Source: a virus (Duplodnaviria; Caudoviricetes). Taken from it: DNA of 24,974 nucleotides. The stretch is from positions 1-24,974 of IMG/VR virus record IMGVR_UViG_3300012942_000128; one strand, written 5' to 3'. Below the pieces are notes generated by a model. The model was not told where the DNA came from. It saw nothing but the letters and a program-made list of their open reading frames with translations, and made no database searches. Below are positions 1 to 8,048 of the stretch, one piece after another (within the stretch, counting starts at the first letter, position 1; each line of letters starts with the position of its first letter). The position numbers and the translations under genes are program-made.

Positions 1-859
1 CGGTGCTGTCGTCGGATGCGCTGTCCGTGCCGGACACGGCCTGGATCTGGTCCGCGGGGACCACACCGATCAGCTTCCCGTTCTGGTTGAACACCGCGGT
101 CAGCGATGCGTCATCTCCGTCGGCCTTCACGACCGTTTCCTCGGCCACGTTGGCCTCCTTCTTCTCGATGTCGTCCGGTGCGGCCGGGAGGGATGCCAAC
201 ACCTTCTGGATGGAGTCCGCCGCGGTGCGCAGCGCGGACTCGTTCGCCGCGGACAGGGTGCGGCCAGCCTTGATGACGGCGCCCAGCGACTCCACGGTGG
301 GCAGTTGCACGTCGAGCTCGACGGCGGACTTGCCGACCTGCTCCATCTCGACAGCGATGTCCGCCTCAGCCTGCTCACCGGCAGCGAACGCGCCGAGCAC
401 ACCGATCGCGTAGTCGATCGCGCAGGACGCGTCCTCCAGATTCCACTGGTTCTCCGCATCACCCGGATCCACGGTGACAGCTTCGGTGCCTTCACGGTCC
501 GCGAGGAGTTCGAGCGCGTTCTTCGCACGGGCGAGGATGCCGGCCCACTTCACCGCGGTGGCCGCGTCGACCTGCTCCCAGGCAGGCGACCCGGGCGTGA
601 CGGCCTCCAGCTGGTCGATCGGGTCGTCGGGCTCGGCGAGCGGCTCGGTGACGTCGAGGTCGTCGTCCGCTTTCACCACGTCGGCTTCGGCTTCCTTCAA
701 AAGACCTTCGACGTCGTCGGCGCTCAGAAGCGACTCCCCCGACTTGATGATCGCGAACCGTCGGCCGGACGCCGCCTTGTCGACAATGTCGACCCTGGGA
801 ATGTCGGCCCCGACGATCTCCGTGAAACCGTCCTCGTCGGGCGTGACCTTGGTGCTCAT
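1..859 (-). CDS. Putative capsid scaffolding protein, runs off the window edge
   Basis: Translated by hand (absent from the ORF track): ATG at 859, ATGA overlap with the protease gene, MSTKVTPDEDGFTEIVGADIPRVDIVDKAASGRRFAIIKS..., acidic and Ala-rich, open to position 2, directly after the prohead protease. Confidence 0.65.
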   Translation of the reverse strand, partial: MSTKVTPDEDGFTEIVGADIPRVDIVDKAASGRRFAIIKSGESLLSADDVEGLLKEAEADVVKADDDLDVTEPLAEPDDPIDQLEAVTPGSPAWEQVDAATAVKWAGILARAKNALELLADREGTEAVTVDPGDAENQWNLEDASCAIDYAIGVLGAFAAGEQAEADIAVEMEQVGKSAVELDVQLPTVESLGAVIKAGRTLSAANESALRTAADSIQKVLASLPAAPDDIEKKEANVAEETVVKADGDDASLTAVFNQNGKLIGVVPADQIQAVSGTDSASDDST

Positions 860-1236
860 GCGTTACTCCTTGGTGTGATTCGGCGTGCCGCCCCTTGAGG
901 CGACCAGCCGGTGAAGTTGCCGCGTCGCACGGCTTCGAAGGTGGGTTCGTCGCAGATCGCGCCGAGGATCCAGTCACCGGACTTCGCGATGACTGTGCCG
1001 TCGTCGTCCACCCACGGCTGCTCGGACCGCCAAATGTACGATTCGACGATCTCGGCGTGCCCTACGGTGCCGTCGACGTGTTGCAGGCCGACCTCACGGC
1101 CCTTGCGGAGGTACTGCCACGCCGCGAGTTCAAGCTCACGGGGTGTGAAGAAGTCGCGGCGCCCGTCCTGGCCGCGTTTGATGCCCGGGTCGCGGCCAGC
1201 CTGGTATGCGACGCCGAGAATGAACCGGTCGGGCAT
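856..1236 (-). CDS. XkdF-like prohead (capsid maturation) serine protease
   Basis: MPDRFILGVAYQ...DFFTPRELELAAWQY...LQH...IVESYI...GDWILG...FTGWSPQG follows the XkdF-like pattern (His, Ser); ATG at 1236 overlaps the upstream stop (TGATG). Confidence 0.8.
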   Translation of the reverse strand: MPDRFILGVAYQAGRDPGIKRGQDGRRDFFTPRELELAAWQYLRKGREVGLQHVDGTVGHAEIVESYIWRSEQPWVDDDGTVIAKSGDWILGAICDEPTFEAVRRGNFTGWSPQGAARRITPRSNA

Positions 1237-1412
1237 CAGCGTTGTCCCTTCTTCGACAGCCACTTGCGGCGCCTCACCGTCGAGTGCAGACGCACCCGGT
1301 GCTGGCGGATGACCTTGTGATGCCGCACCGTGCGGGTGCGCACATGCTTCTTCGCCCGCTTCGGAACATGCACTTTGCTGATCGGGGTGCGGGCGATGCG
1401 GTGCGCGATCAT
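1236..1412 (-). CDS. 58-aa highly basic peptide
   Basis: MIAHRIART...KKGQR; coupled on both sides (ATGA at 1409-1412, TGATG at 1234-1238); 13 R, 8 K, 7 H, no acidic residues. Confidence 0.6.
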   Translation of the reverse strand: MIAHRIARTPISKVHVPKRAKKHVRTRTVRHHKVIRQHRVRLHSTVRRRKWLSKKGQR

Positions 1413-1486
1413 CGGCGGTGGCACGGGCACCGGCAGTCAGCCGGTTTCGTGTAGGGCTGGTTGCATTGGCCGCAGTGACCGCTCAT
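1409..1486 (-). CDS. 25-aa Cys-rich peptide
   Basis: MSGHCGQCNQPYTKPADCRCPCHRR; GGAGAA RBS; ATGA overlaps at both ends fill the gap exactly. Confidence 0.55.
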   Translation of the reverse strand: MSGHCGQCNQPYTKPADCRCPCHRR

Positions 1487-1989
1487 GACGTTCTCCCCAA
1501 GGTTGTGGGCCACCATCCGTGGCGTTTCCAGACCGGAACGAACATCCCGGGGTAAACCGCCGCCATCGGCGTTTCCGGGAACATGTCGATGCCGCCTGCG
1601 TCGTACGCCGCAGCGACAAGTTCTGAACACATCCACCGGCGTTGATCGTTCAGGCGTCGTTCGATCCATGCGGGTGTGTGCGTGCCGGTGAGGAGCGCGA
1701 CACCGATGAGGATGTCGTCGCCGAGCGCGTACCGTTTCCCGACCTGCCGTTGCGCGAACCCGACGATCTGCCATGACTGCGTGTCGGTGAGGTCGAAGTC
1801 GGACCAGATCGCGTCCGGAAAGTGGCTGGTCGGCCGGTACCGGACGCGGGGTATCTCCGCGGACACGACGGTGTCGTCGTCGACCGCGACGATGACGTGG
1901 TGGACGGGTGACCGGGTGATCTTCTCGATCAGCCATTCGAACGGGTTACGTGCGTGCGGGATCAGTGCTGCCTGCCCTGCGCGTGTCAT
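1483..1989 (-). CDS. Permuted papain-like NlpC/P60 amidase (YiiX/YebB-like)
   Basis: N-terminal 'ITRSPVHHV' His, 'QVGKRY' and C-terminal 'WMCSELVAAAY' Cys give the permuted His-before-Cys order. Confidence 0.85.
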   Translation of the reverse strand: MTRAGQAALIPHARNPFEWLIEKITRSPVHHVIVAVDDDTVVSAEIPRVRYRPTSHFPDAIWSDFDLTDTQSWQIVGFAQRQVGKRYALGDDILIGVALLTGTHTPAWIERRLNDQRRWMCSELVAAAYDAGGIDMFPETPMAAVYPGMFVPVWKRHGWWPTTLGRTS

Positions 1990-2468
1990 GCCGCCTCGAG
2001 AGTGTGAGCATCCATGTCGGAGTGCGTGAACAGTTCACGACGCTTACGCGCAACCGCGTCGCTTGCCTCTTCAACTGACCCGAAATATCCGACGTGCCGG
2101 ATATGGCCTTCGTGTCGGACCTGCGCGAGCCATTTACCGCGTCGTGCGTCCCAATAGACGCCTCTGTGCCCAGAGGAGTTGCGTCGGTTCGCTCCTGCCC
2201 GGTTCTCCGCGTTCTGCTTCGTCGTGGCGAGGCGCAAGTGCTGCGGGTTGACGCACCAACGGTTGTGGCAGGTGTGATCGAGCTTGAGCCCGTCAGGTAT
2301 CTCGCCGTTGACGAGCCGATACGTCAGCCGGTGGACGAGCACCTCACCCATGAACGGTTTCATCTGCGCATAGCCACCGCGGTTGTGCGACTTGCACCAC
2401 CGCCAGCAGTCTTCTGTGGTGTCGATGCTCGCCCAGATGTCAGTGACGGTTCGCTTTCGCACGAGCAC
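1986..2468 (-). CDS. HNH endonuclease with C-terminal AP2 DNA-binding domain
   Basis: CWRW...HRLTY...LDHTCHNRWCVNPQHL...QN, then SGHRGVYW...WLAQV...VGYF..EEA (AP2). Confidence 0.9.
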   Translation of the reverse strand: MLVRKRTVTDIWASIDTTEDCWRWCKSHNRGGYAQMKPFMGEVLVHRLTYRLVNGEIPDGLKLDHTCHNRWCVNPQHLRLATTKQNAENRAGANRRNSSGHRGVYWDARRGKWLAQVRHEGHIRHVGYFGSVEEASDAVARKRRELFTHSDMDAHTLEAA

Positions 2469-3054
2469 GCTCCTGTTCGATCGCGATCTTGTGTTCGGCG
2501 TCGAGTCGTGCCGTGAACCGTGCCAAGTAGACCGGGTTCGTGGACACGAGCAGCGTGTTGTTCTGCGCTTTGAAGCCGGGAGCGTTGCTCACATCGGCGC
2601 GCAGACTGATTCCAGTGCCTTCACCGGACGCCGACCAGTTCGTGGATCCTTCGAACCCGAGCCCGAGCCCGGAAGCGACGCCGCCTTTCGTGTGGCTGAT
2701 CTGATGCGTCTCGGACTGCCCGACAGCGAACGCGGACTGCCAATCCGGGACCGTCGCGTTCGCGTCGAGGATGCGGCGTTCGTGCACACCCGACGCTTGC
2801 GACCGGTCGAGCGTGCCTTGCACGTACACGGACGGCCGGCCGATGAGATCGACGATCGCGTCGTTCAGTTCCTCGTCGTCGTACCCGAACATGTTGAGCC
2901 GGAACGCGAGCGCCTCATGCTGGATGATCCACAGCAGGATCGAGTGCACATCGTCACGTCCGACGAAGAAGAGGTAATGGTCGCCGTACCCCGGCTGCAG
3001 GACACCTTCGGGGGTGTACTGGCCGAACACGGTGAGCCGTGGATCGTCTTTCAC
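2440..3054 (-). CDS. Phospholipase D-like (single HxK motif) protein, probable nuclease
   Basis: GTG at 3054 after GAGAGG; 'LNMFGYDD', 'QISHTKGG', 'EGSTNWS', 'QNN' match the PLD/Nuc fold. The ORF track's extension to 3393 overlaps MuF and is unlikely. Confidence 0.8.
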   Translation of the reverse strand: MKDDPRLTVFGQYTPEGVLQPGYGDHYLFFVGRDDVHSILLWIIQHEALAFRLNMFGYDDEELNDAIVDLIGRPSVYVQGTLDRSQASGVHERRILDANATVPDWQSAFAVGQSETHQISHTKGGVASGLGLGFEGSTNWSASGEGTGISLRADVSNAPGFKAQNNTLLVSTNPVYLARFTARLDAEHKIAIEQERARAKANRH

Positions 3055-3080
3055 CGGTGGGTCCTCTCGTGGTGGGCGGG

Positions 3081-3086
3081 TACGAT
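3081..3086 (+). promoter_or_regulatory. Candidate -10 element (TACGAT) for a leaderless plus-strand transcript
   Basis: TANNNT hexamer 7 nt before the ATG at 3094; no RBS and no clear -35. Confidence 0.45.
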
Positions 3087-3093
3087 TCACGGA

Positions 3094-3327
3094 ATGGGCT
3101 GCCCACCGCACGAGTACGTCTGGCGTGGAGGACGCCAAGTGTGCACACGTTGCGGTGTGGTCCACTTGGCGTCCCAACGCTTCAGGAACGACGTGCTGGC
3201 ACGGTTGCAGGATGCCGGCGTGCAGACGGTCGATGACCGGCCTAGTCGGCGTGCGGGGACGCCGCGCACCGGCAACGCGGATGCACCGGTGGAGCATCCG
3301 ACTGGTCAGACACCGGGTGAGGGTTAG
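3094..3327 (+). CDS. 77-aa putative zinc-binding protein, opposite orientation
   Basis: MGCPPHEYVWRGGRQVCTRCG (CxxH...CxxC); fills the only sizeable gap in the head operon. Confidence 0.55.
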   Translation: MGCPPHEYVWRGGRQVCTRCGVVHLASQRFRNDVLARLQDAGVQTVDDRPSRRAGTPRTGNADAPVEHPTGQTPGEG

Positions 3328-6300
3328 CGGCCGCGACCGCCAAACACACCGGGCAGGCACCGTCCGCGGGCAGCAGGTCCCACATGGTGACACCGGACTG
3401 GTCGTAAACCTGCAACGATGCGGCCGTTTGGGCGCGCGCTGTTTCGGTGTGCGCGATCATCTCCGCCCGTGACGGGGATGCGACCACGTCACGCAACGAC
3501 CTGCCGATCGTGTCGACCGAGTCGCCGCGGGCGAGCCCGTCAGCGATCAGGTTCCCGGCACGGTCCAGCGACGTGTCCACGATCGACTTGACCGTCACAC
3601 CCGCCTGATCGAGCAGCGCCCGCATGCCGCCGTCGGCGACCTGTTCCGCGGCCGCCGTGTCGCCAGGCGACCATGCACCCCAGTCGGTGTCCGCGATCAG
3701 CTGCCCTGTCTTGTCCGGGCCGATGACCGCTGCAGCACCCACTTGGGTGATGGCGCCGTGACCGCCGGTCAGATACCCGTCGACGATGACCTGACGGATC
3801 AGGTGCTCGAGGTCGACGGTGCCTGCCAGGTTCGGGTCGGCGGCGAGTGCAGCTTGCACCTGCTGCGCGACCGCCGCGGTACCCGCAGCCTCAGACGTGT
3901 CACCGGTCGCTTTCGCCAGCAGGGTGGTGAACGATCCGACCGGGAGACTGTTCACCCACCCGGTGAGCCAGCCACGGATGAGCGGCTCGTAATGGTCGGT
4001 GATGCGCAGGTCGTAGTCGTGCTGCGGGACCAGGTTCGGGGAGTCACGCCAGCTTTTGGCCAGCGCCTCACCTTTTGGGTCCGCATCAGCCTCCGGCTCA
4101 AGCCCGACGGCCACAGCGACCGCTGGGTCGGCGTCCGCCTCAGCCTTCAGGTCCTCCGCATACTCGGTCGCAGCAGCCGCCACGGTAGCCAGTCGATTCG
4201 CCTCCGGTTCCGCCGCCAACGATCCGTCCGGGATCGGGTCGGTCGACAGTACGGAGAGCACGTCGACCGCATCCGCGGCGAGCTCGGTGCGGATCACGGG
4301 CACGCCTTGCAGCGCGGGCGGATCCCACCATGCGATCGCCTCGAACAGGTCCCCGTCGGGGTCGTCCGGGTTGATGACCGTGTCACGCGTCCCGAGGTCG
4401 ATCAGAGTCTCGGATGCGATCTGGTACACGAACCCGGCGTAGATACCGTTCGACGCGGCCCACATACCCGTGAACTGGCCGTCCGGCAGCGGTTGCCCGG
4501 TCTCTTCCTGCCATTCGCGGATCGCCGCGTCCTGCGCTTCCTCGCCGGGTTCAATGTGCCCGCCGGGAAACTCCCAGAACCCGGCTGCCGGGTCTTCGGG
4601 GTCCATGGCGCGTTGCAGCATCAGGACACGGTTCGTGTCGAGCGCTTGCACGGCGAGACCGGCGGCGACGAGCTCGTCGGCATCCTTGCGGATCTGCGCG
4701 TACGAACCCACGTTGAGGCGGTGCGCCGTCATCCTGTTGACATGCTCGAACTCGAACGGGCGCCACGAGCCACGCTTGCGGCGTGCAGCAGCGAACTTCC
4801 GGAACGCGGCCAGTTCAGCCTTCACCAGCTGCTCATCGTCCTCGTCGTCTACCTGGTCGACGCCTTCGATGCCCGTGTCGATCGTCACCCCGGCCGTCTC
4901 CGTTTTCGAGAGGAGTACGGGCGGTGCGATCACGCCAGTGCTCGGGATCGGCTGTTCCAGGTTCGGGAACTCCGGCTCGTCAGGATCCGACGGGGCCCGT
5001 TTGAACTCGGTGCCGCCGGGCAGCTTGTCCGGCATGACACCGTCCGTCCCGTTGAACGGGGAAGGATCCAACGGAACATCATCGACGGGTGCGGCTGTCT
5101 CCGGATCGATCGGGCCCGCGACACGCTCGACCGCGATGAGGGGCACGAACCCGAGCCGGGACGACACGATGCCGCGCGGCACGGGACGTTCGTTGTCGAT
5201 CGGGAGACCGAACATATCCGACCGCCACTCGTCCGGTGACACGGCACCGGACTGCACGGCCAGGTTCCACACCTGCGCGTCCGCGAGACGGTCTTCCTTG
5301 TCGCGTCCCGTGTCGAGGGACACTTTGACGGGCAGGCCGAGGTCGCGTTGCAGGTACCGGTTCAGGATGCCTTCCACGAACCGCACCCACGGCAGCGTGT
5401 TCACCCGGAACTGGATGTCGACCTGCGTTTCACCGTTCGCCCGGTTCACGTCGTCCACAAGACCGAGGTCCTGCGGGACGACACCGAACGCGGCCGCCGT
5501 ACGCTTCATCAGGTACTGCGGGAAGTTCCCGTCGAACGTTTTCGGTTTCGTTTCGAGCAGCTGGGTACCATTTGGTACCGCGATCAGCTTGTGCAGGATC
5601 GACTGGTCACCGGACGTGAACGCATCCCAGTAGTCCTGCCACTCCGCCACCTGATCCGGGGACGAGATGTCCGCCGGCAGTTGCATCAGCCCGGCCGGCA
5701 CGGTCCCGTCGGTGAACATTTGCAGGAAGTGCCACTGGAAGCGGAGGTCCGTGTTCGCGGTCAGCAGGATCGACTCCATCGGGGCGAGCCCGAACGGGGA
5801 ATCCGTTTGCGGCCGGAACCGCTCATACGTGATGTCGTCGGTCGTGAACCACACATCCGTGAGGCCCTTGATCTTCTGCCAGTACGCCGGTGCCGGCGGT
5901 GCAGGGCGGCGCCCGTGGACGTCGATGTACGGGAACACGGTGGTGCCGTCAACGACTTCAAGGCCGATGACTTCACCGTCCATGTTGCGGCGACGGTAGA
6001 GCGTGGTGGCGTCGTACCGGAGTGCGCCCTCCAGCAGGAGCGACGCCCACGAGTCGTACGGGTTCACGCGGTCCGGGAACGCGAGCGCTGCGCGTGCCGC
6101 ATCGACCGCGTCGTCCACGTCACCGGACACACCGTCCGCGGGTTGGAACAGAGGTTCCATGGACCGGATCTCGTCGATCTTGTGGTTGATGCACATGCGG
6201 GCGACGTCGTACGCGTCGATGACCGCTTTCAGCGTCTCGAACGAGGTGCGACCCCACGCCGTCCGGGGTGACAGGTTGATGTTGACGCCGGCGGGGTAGT

Positions 6301-6466
6301 CCGTCGACCGGGGCCGCTGCGAGTACCCGGCGGCAGGTTGGATGGGTGTGCCGGGGCCGAAGTTCGCCGTGCTGCCCATGCCCTGCCGCATGACCGCGGC
6401 GGTGATGGGTGCGGGTGCGGTCGTTTTGATCAGTTCACGGCCGTACGGGTCGACGAAGGCTGCCAT
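3242..6466 (-). CDS. Portal - NUDIX hydrolase - MuF-like head morphogenesis fusion protein
   Basis: Follows terL; GGAGG RBS before ATG 6466; portal motifs (FGLAPME, AFGVVPQDLG, VNRANGETQ); Nudix box GGHIEPGEEAQDAAIREWQEETG at 4496-4564; MuF C-terminus RAEMIAHTETARA...CPVC...PPVHPRCRC. Confidence 0.9.
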   Translation of the reverse strand: MAAFVDPYGRELIKTTAPAPITAAVMRQGMGSTANFGPGTPIQPAAGYSQRPRSTDYPAGVNINLSPRTAWGRTSFETLKAVIDAYDVARMCINHKIDEIRSMEPLFQPADGVSGDVDDAVDAARAALAFPDRVNPYDSWASLLLEGALRYDATTLYRRRNMDGEVIGLEVVDGTTVFPYIDVHGRRPAPPAPAYWQKIKGLTDVWFTTDDITYERFRPQTDSPFGLAPMESILLTANTDLRFQWHFLQMFTDGTVPAGLMQLPADISSPDQVAEWQDYWDAFTSGDQSILHKLIAVPNGTQLLETKPKTFDGNFPQYLMKRTAAAFGVVPQDLGLVDDVNRANGETQVDIQFRVNTLPWVRFVEGILNRYLQRDLGLPVKVSLDTGRDKEDRLADAQVWNLAVQSGAVSPDEWRSDMFGLPIDNERPVPRGIVSSRLGFVPLIAVERVAGPIDPETAAPVDDVPLDPSPFNGTDGVMPDKLPGGTEFKRAPSDPDEPEFPNLEQPIPSTGVIAPPVLLSKTETAGVTIDTGIEGVDQVDDEDDEQLVKAELAAFRKFAAARRKRGSWRPFEFEHVNRMTAHRLNVGSYAQIRKDADELVAAGLAVQALDTNRVLMLQRAMDPEDPAAGFWEFPGGHIEPGEEAQDAAIREWQEETGQPLPDGQFTGMWAASNGIYAGFVYQIASETLIDLGTRDTVINPDDPDGDLFEAIAWWDPPALQGVPVIRTELAADAVDVLSVLSTDPIPDGSLAAEPEANRLATVAAAATEYAEDLKAEADADPAVAVAVGLEPEADADPKGEALAKSWRDSPNLVPQHDYDLRITDHYEPLIRGWLTGWVNSLPVGSFTTLLAKATGDTSEAAGTAAVAQQVQAALAADPNLAGTVDLEHLIRQVIVDGYLTGGHGAITQVGAAAVIGPDKTGQLIADTDWGAWSPGDTAAAEQVADGGMRALLDQAGVTVKSIVDTSLDRAGNLIADGLARGDSVDTIGRSLRDVVASPSRAEMIAHTETARAQTAASLQVYDQSGVTMWDLLPADGACPVCLAVAAANPHPVSDQSDAPPVHPRCRCAASPHAD

Positions 6467-8048
6467 TGGTTTCAACCTCCGTTTTGAGTTGCTGGGCGCG
6501 TTCACGCCAGTTGCGGGCCGACACGGGCGCCTCAGCGCCGAGTTGCTGTTTCATGTACTGCTGGAACGCGGACCCTTGACCGACGCGCAGCAGGAGCCGT
6601 GCGGCGGCTTGCGAGAACCCGTCGACTTGGTCGTCGTGGGTGCCGTTCGGGAACGATGTGGCTTCCTCGATGAGGTCTTCGACGTCGAACATGGCAATGT
6701 CCGGTTCGGGCAGGTGCACGTTCCCGGCTTCCACGAACGGTGCGACGGCGGATGCGCGGGCGATCTTCGATTCGTGGGGGGTGATCGGGATGATGCCGGG
6801 AATCTTCTTCCGCAGCATGTCGATCACGGCGGTGCCGTTCGCTTTGTCTTCGACGAGTTTCGCGTGCGCGTCCGGCCACTTCTTCACGAGGTTCTCGAAC
6901 GCGGTCAGCGTGGCGGTGAACGACAGGCGTTTGCGGATCTGGTCCACCAGGTAGATGTCTGCTCCGCGGCGCGCCCACACCTGCATGACGACGAAGTCGG
7001 ATGCGCGCGTGTCCTTGAACGTCATGTCGCAGGAGATGACAGCCTCATCGGCTTCCAGCAGGCGCATGCTTTTCCCGTCGCCGCTGTCCGCCCAGATCGG
7101 TGTCTGGTAGCGGCGCCACCATGCGCGTTGCAGAATGTCGCCGGTGGCCGGTGACGGGCGCCCCTGGTAGAGGGCGTTGAACACGCGGGAGCCGACACGG
7201 GTGCGGGTGGCCGCCCATTCGTCGAGGCTGCGTTTGCGGGCTGACGCCAACCACTCCCCCGGCTGACGGCCGAGCGGATCCGTTTCGTCTTTCTCCGGGT
7301 TGTGGTCCGCGAGCGCGGGAATGTTGATCACTTTCCACACGTGCCCGTCCTCAGCGGCCAGGAGACGGCCGGCGAGGTCGTCTTCATGCCACCGGGTGAG
7401 GATGAGGATGACTTGCGCGCCGGGCCCGAACCGGGTGCCGGCGGTGGCTTGCCACCACCCCCACACGAAGTCGCGGTAGTACTGCGAGTCCGCCTGCTCG
7501 GCGTCCTTGATCGGGTCGTCGATGATGAGCGCATCCACGGGGCGTCCGGTGAGGGAGCCACGCAAACCGACAGCCCGCACACCACCTTTGTGGCCTGCCA
7601 ACTGCCACCGGCGTGCGGCACCGTTGTCGCGGGCGACGCGCAGACCGAGGTCCGCGGTTCCCTCATCACCGTTGAACGTGGCGATCCAGTTGCGGATGTC
7701 GCGGGAGAACCCTTCAGCGAGTTCCTGCGAATACGACGCGATCGCGATGCGTCGGTCCGGGTTCGTCAACAACGCCCACAGGGTGGATGTTTTCGTGACC
7801 CGCTGCGACTTGCCCTCCTGCGGCGGCATGCTGATGATCAGACGCGCGTTCGGTGTCGAGTACGCCTCCACCAGCGCTTCATCGATGAGATCCAGGGCCG
7901 CGGTTTGCACGGTCGACGGGTCCACGATCTTCGCCAGATCGCCCGGCGTGCGGAACTTCGGCTCCGGCGGTATCAACCGGTCCAGGGCGTTATCGAACGC
8001 CGCGAAGTCAGCCGGTGCGAAGCGTGGCGAGCTCGGCACGGACAACAT
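6435..8048 (-). CDS. terL: Terminase large subunit
   Basis: Walker A MPPQEGKS, Walker B LIIDDP, TRWHEDDLAG, LYQGRP, nuclease EDKANG and HDDQVD. Confidence 0.97.
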   Translation of the reverse strand: MLSVPSSPRFAPADFAAFDNALDRLIPPEPKFRTPGDLAKIVDPSTVQTAALDLIDEALVEAYSTPNARLIISMPPQEGKSQRVTKTSTLWALLTNPDRRIAIASYSQELAEGFSRDIRNWIATFNGDEGTADLGLRVARDNGAARRWQLAGHKGGVRAVGLRGSLTGRPVDALIIDDPIKDAEQADSQYYRDFVWGWWQATAGTRFGPGAQVILILTRWHEDDLAGRLLAAEDGHVWKVINIPALADHNPEKDETDPLGRQPGEWLASARKRSLDEWAATRTRVGSRVFNALYQGRPSPATGDILQRAWWRRYQTPIWADSGDGKSMRLLEADEAVISCDMTFKDTRASDFVVMQVWARRGADIYLVDQIRKRLSFTATLTAFENLVKKWPDAHAKLVEDKANGTAVIDMLRKKIPGIIPITPHESKIARASAVAPFVEAGNVHLPEPDIAMFDVEDLIEEATSFPNGTHDDQVDGFSQAAARLLLRVGQGSAFQQYMKQQLGAEAPVSARNWRERAQQLKTEVETNGSLRRPVRP

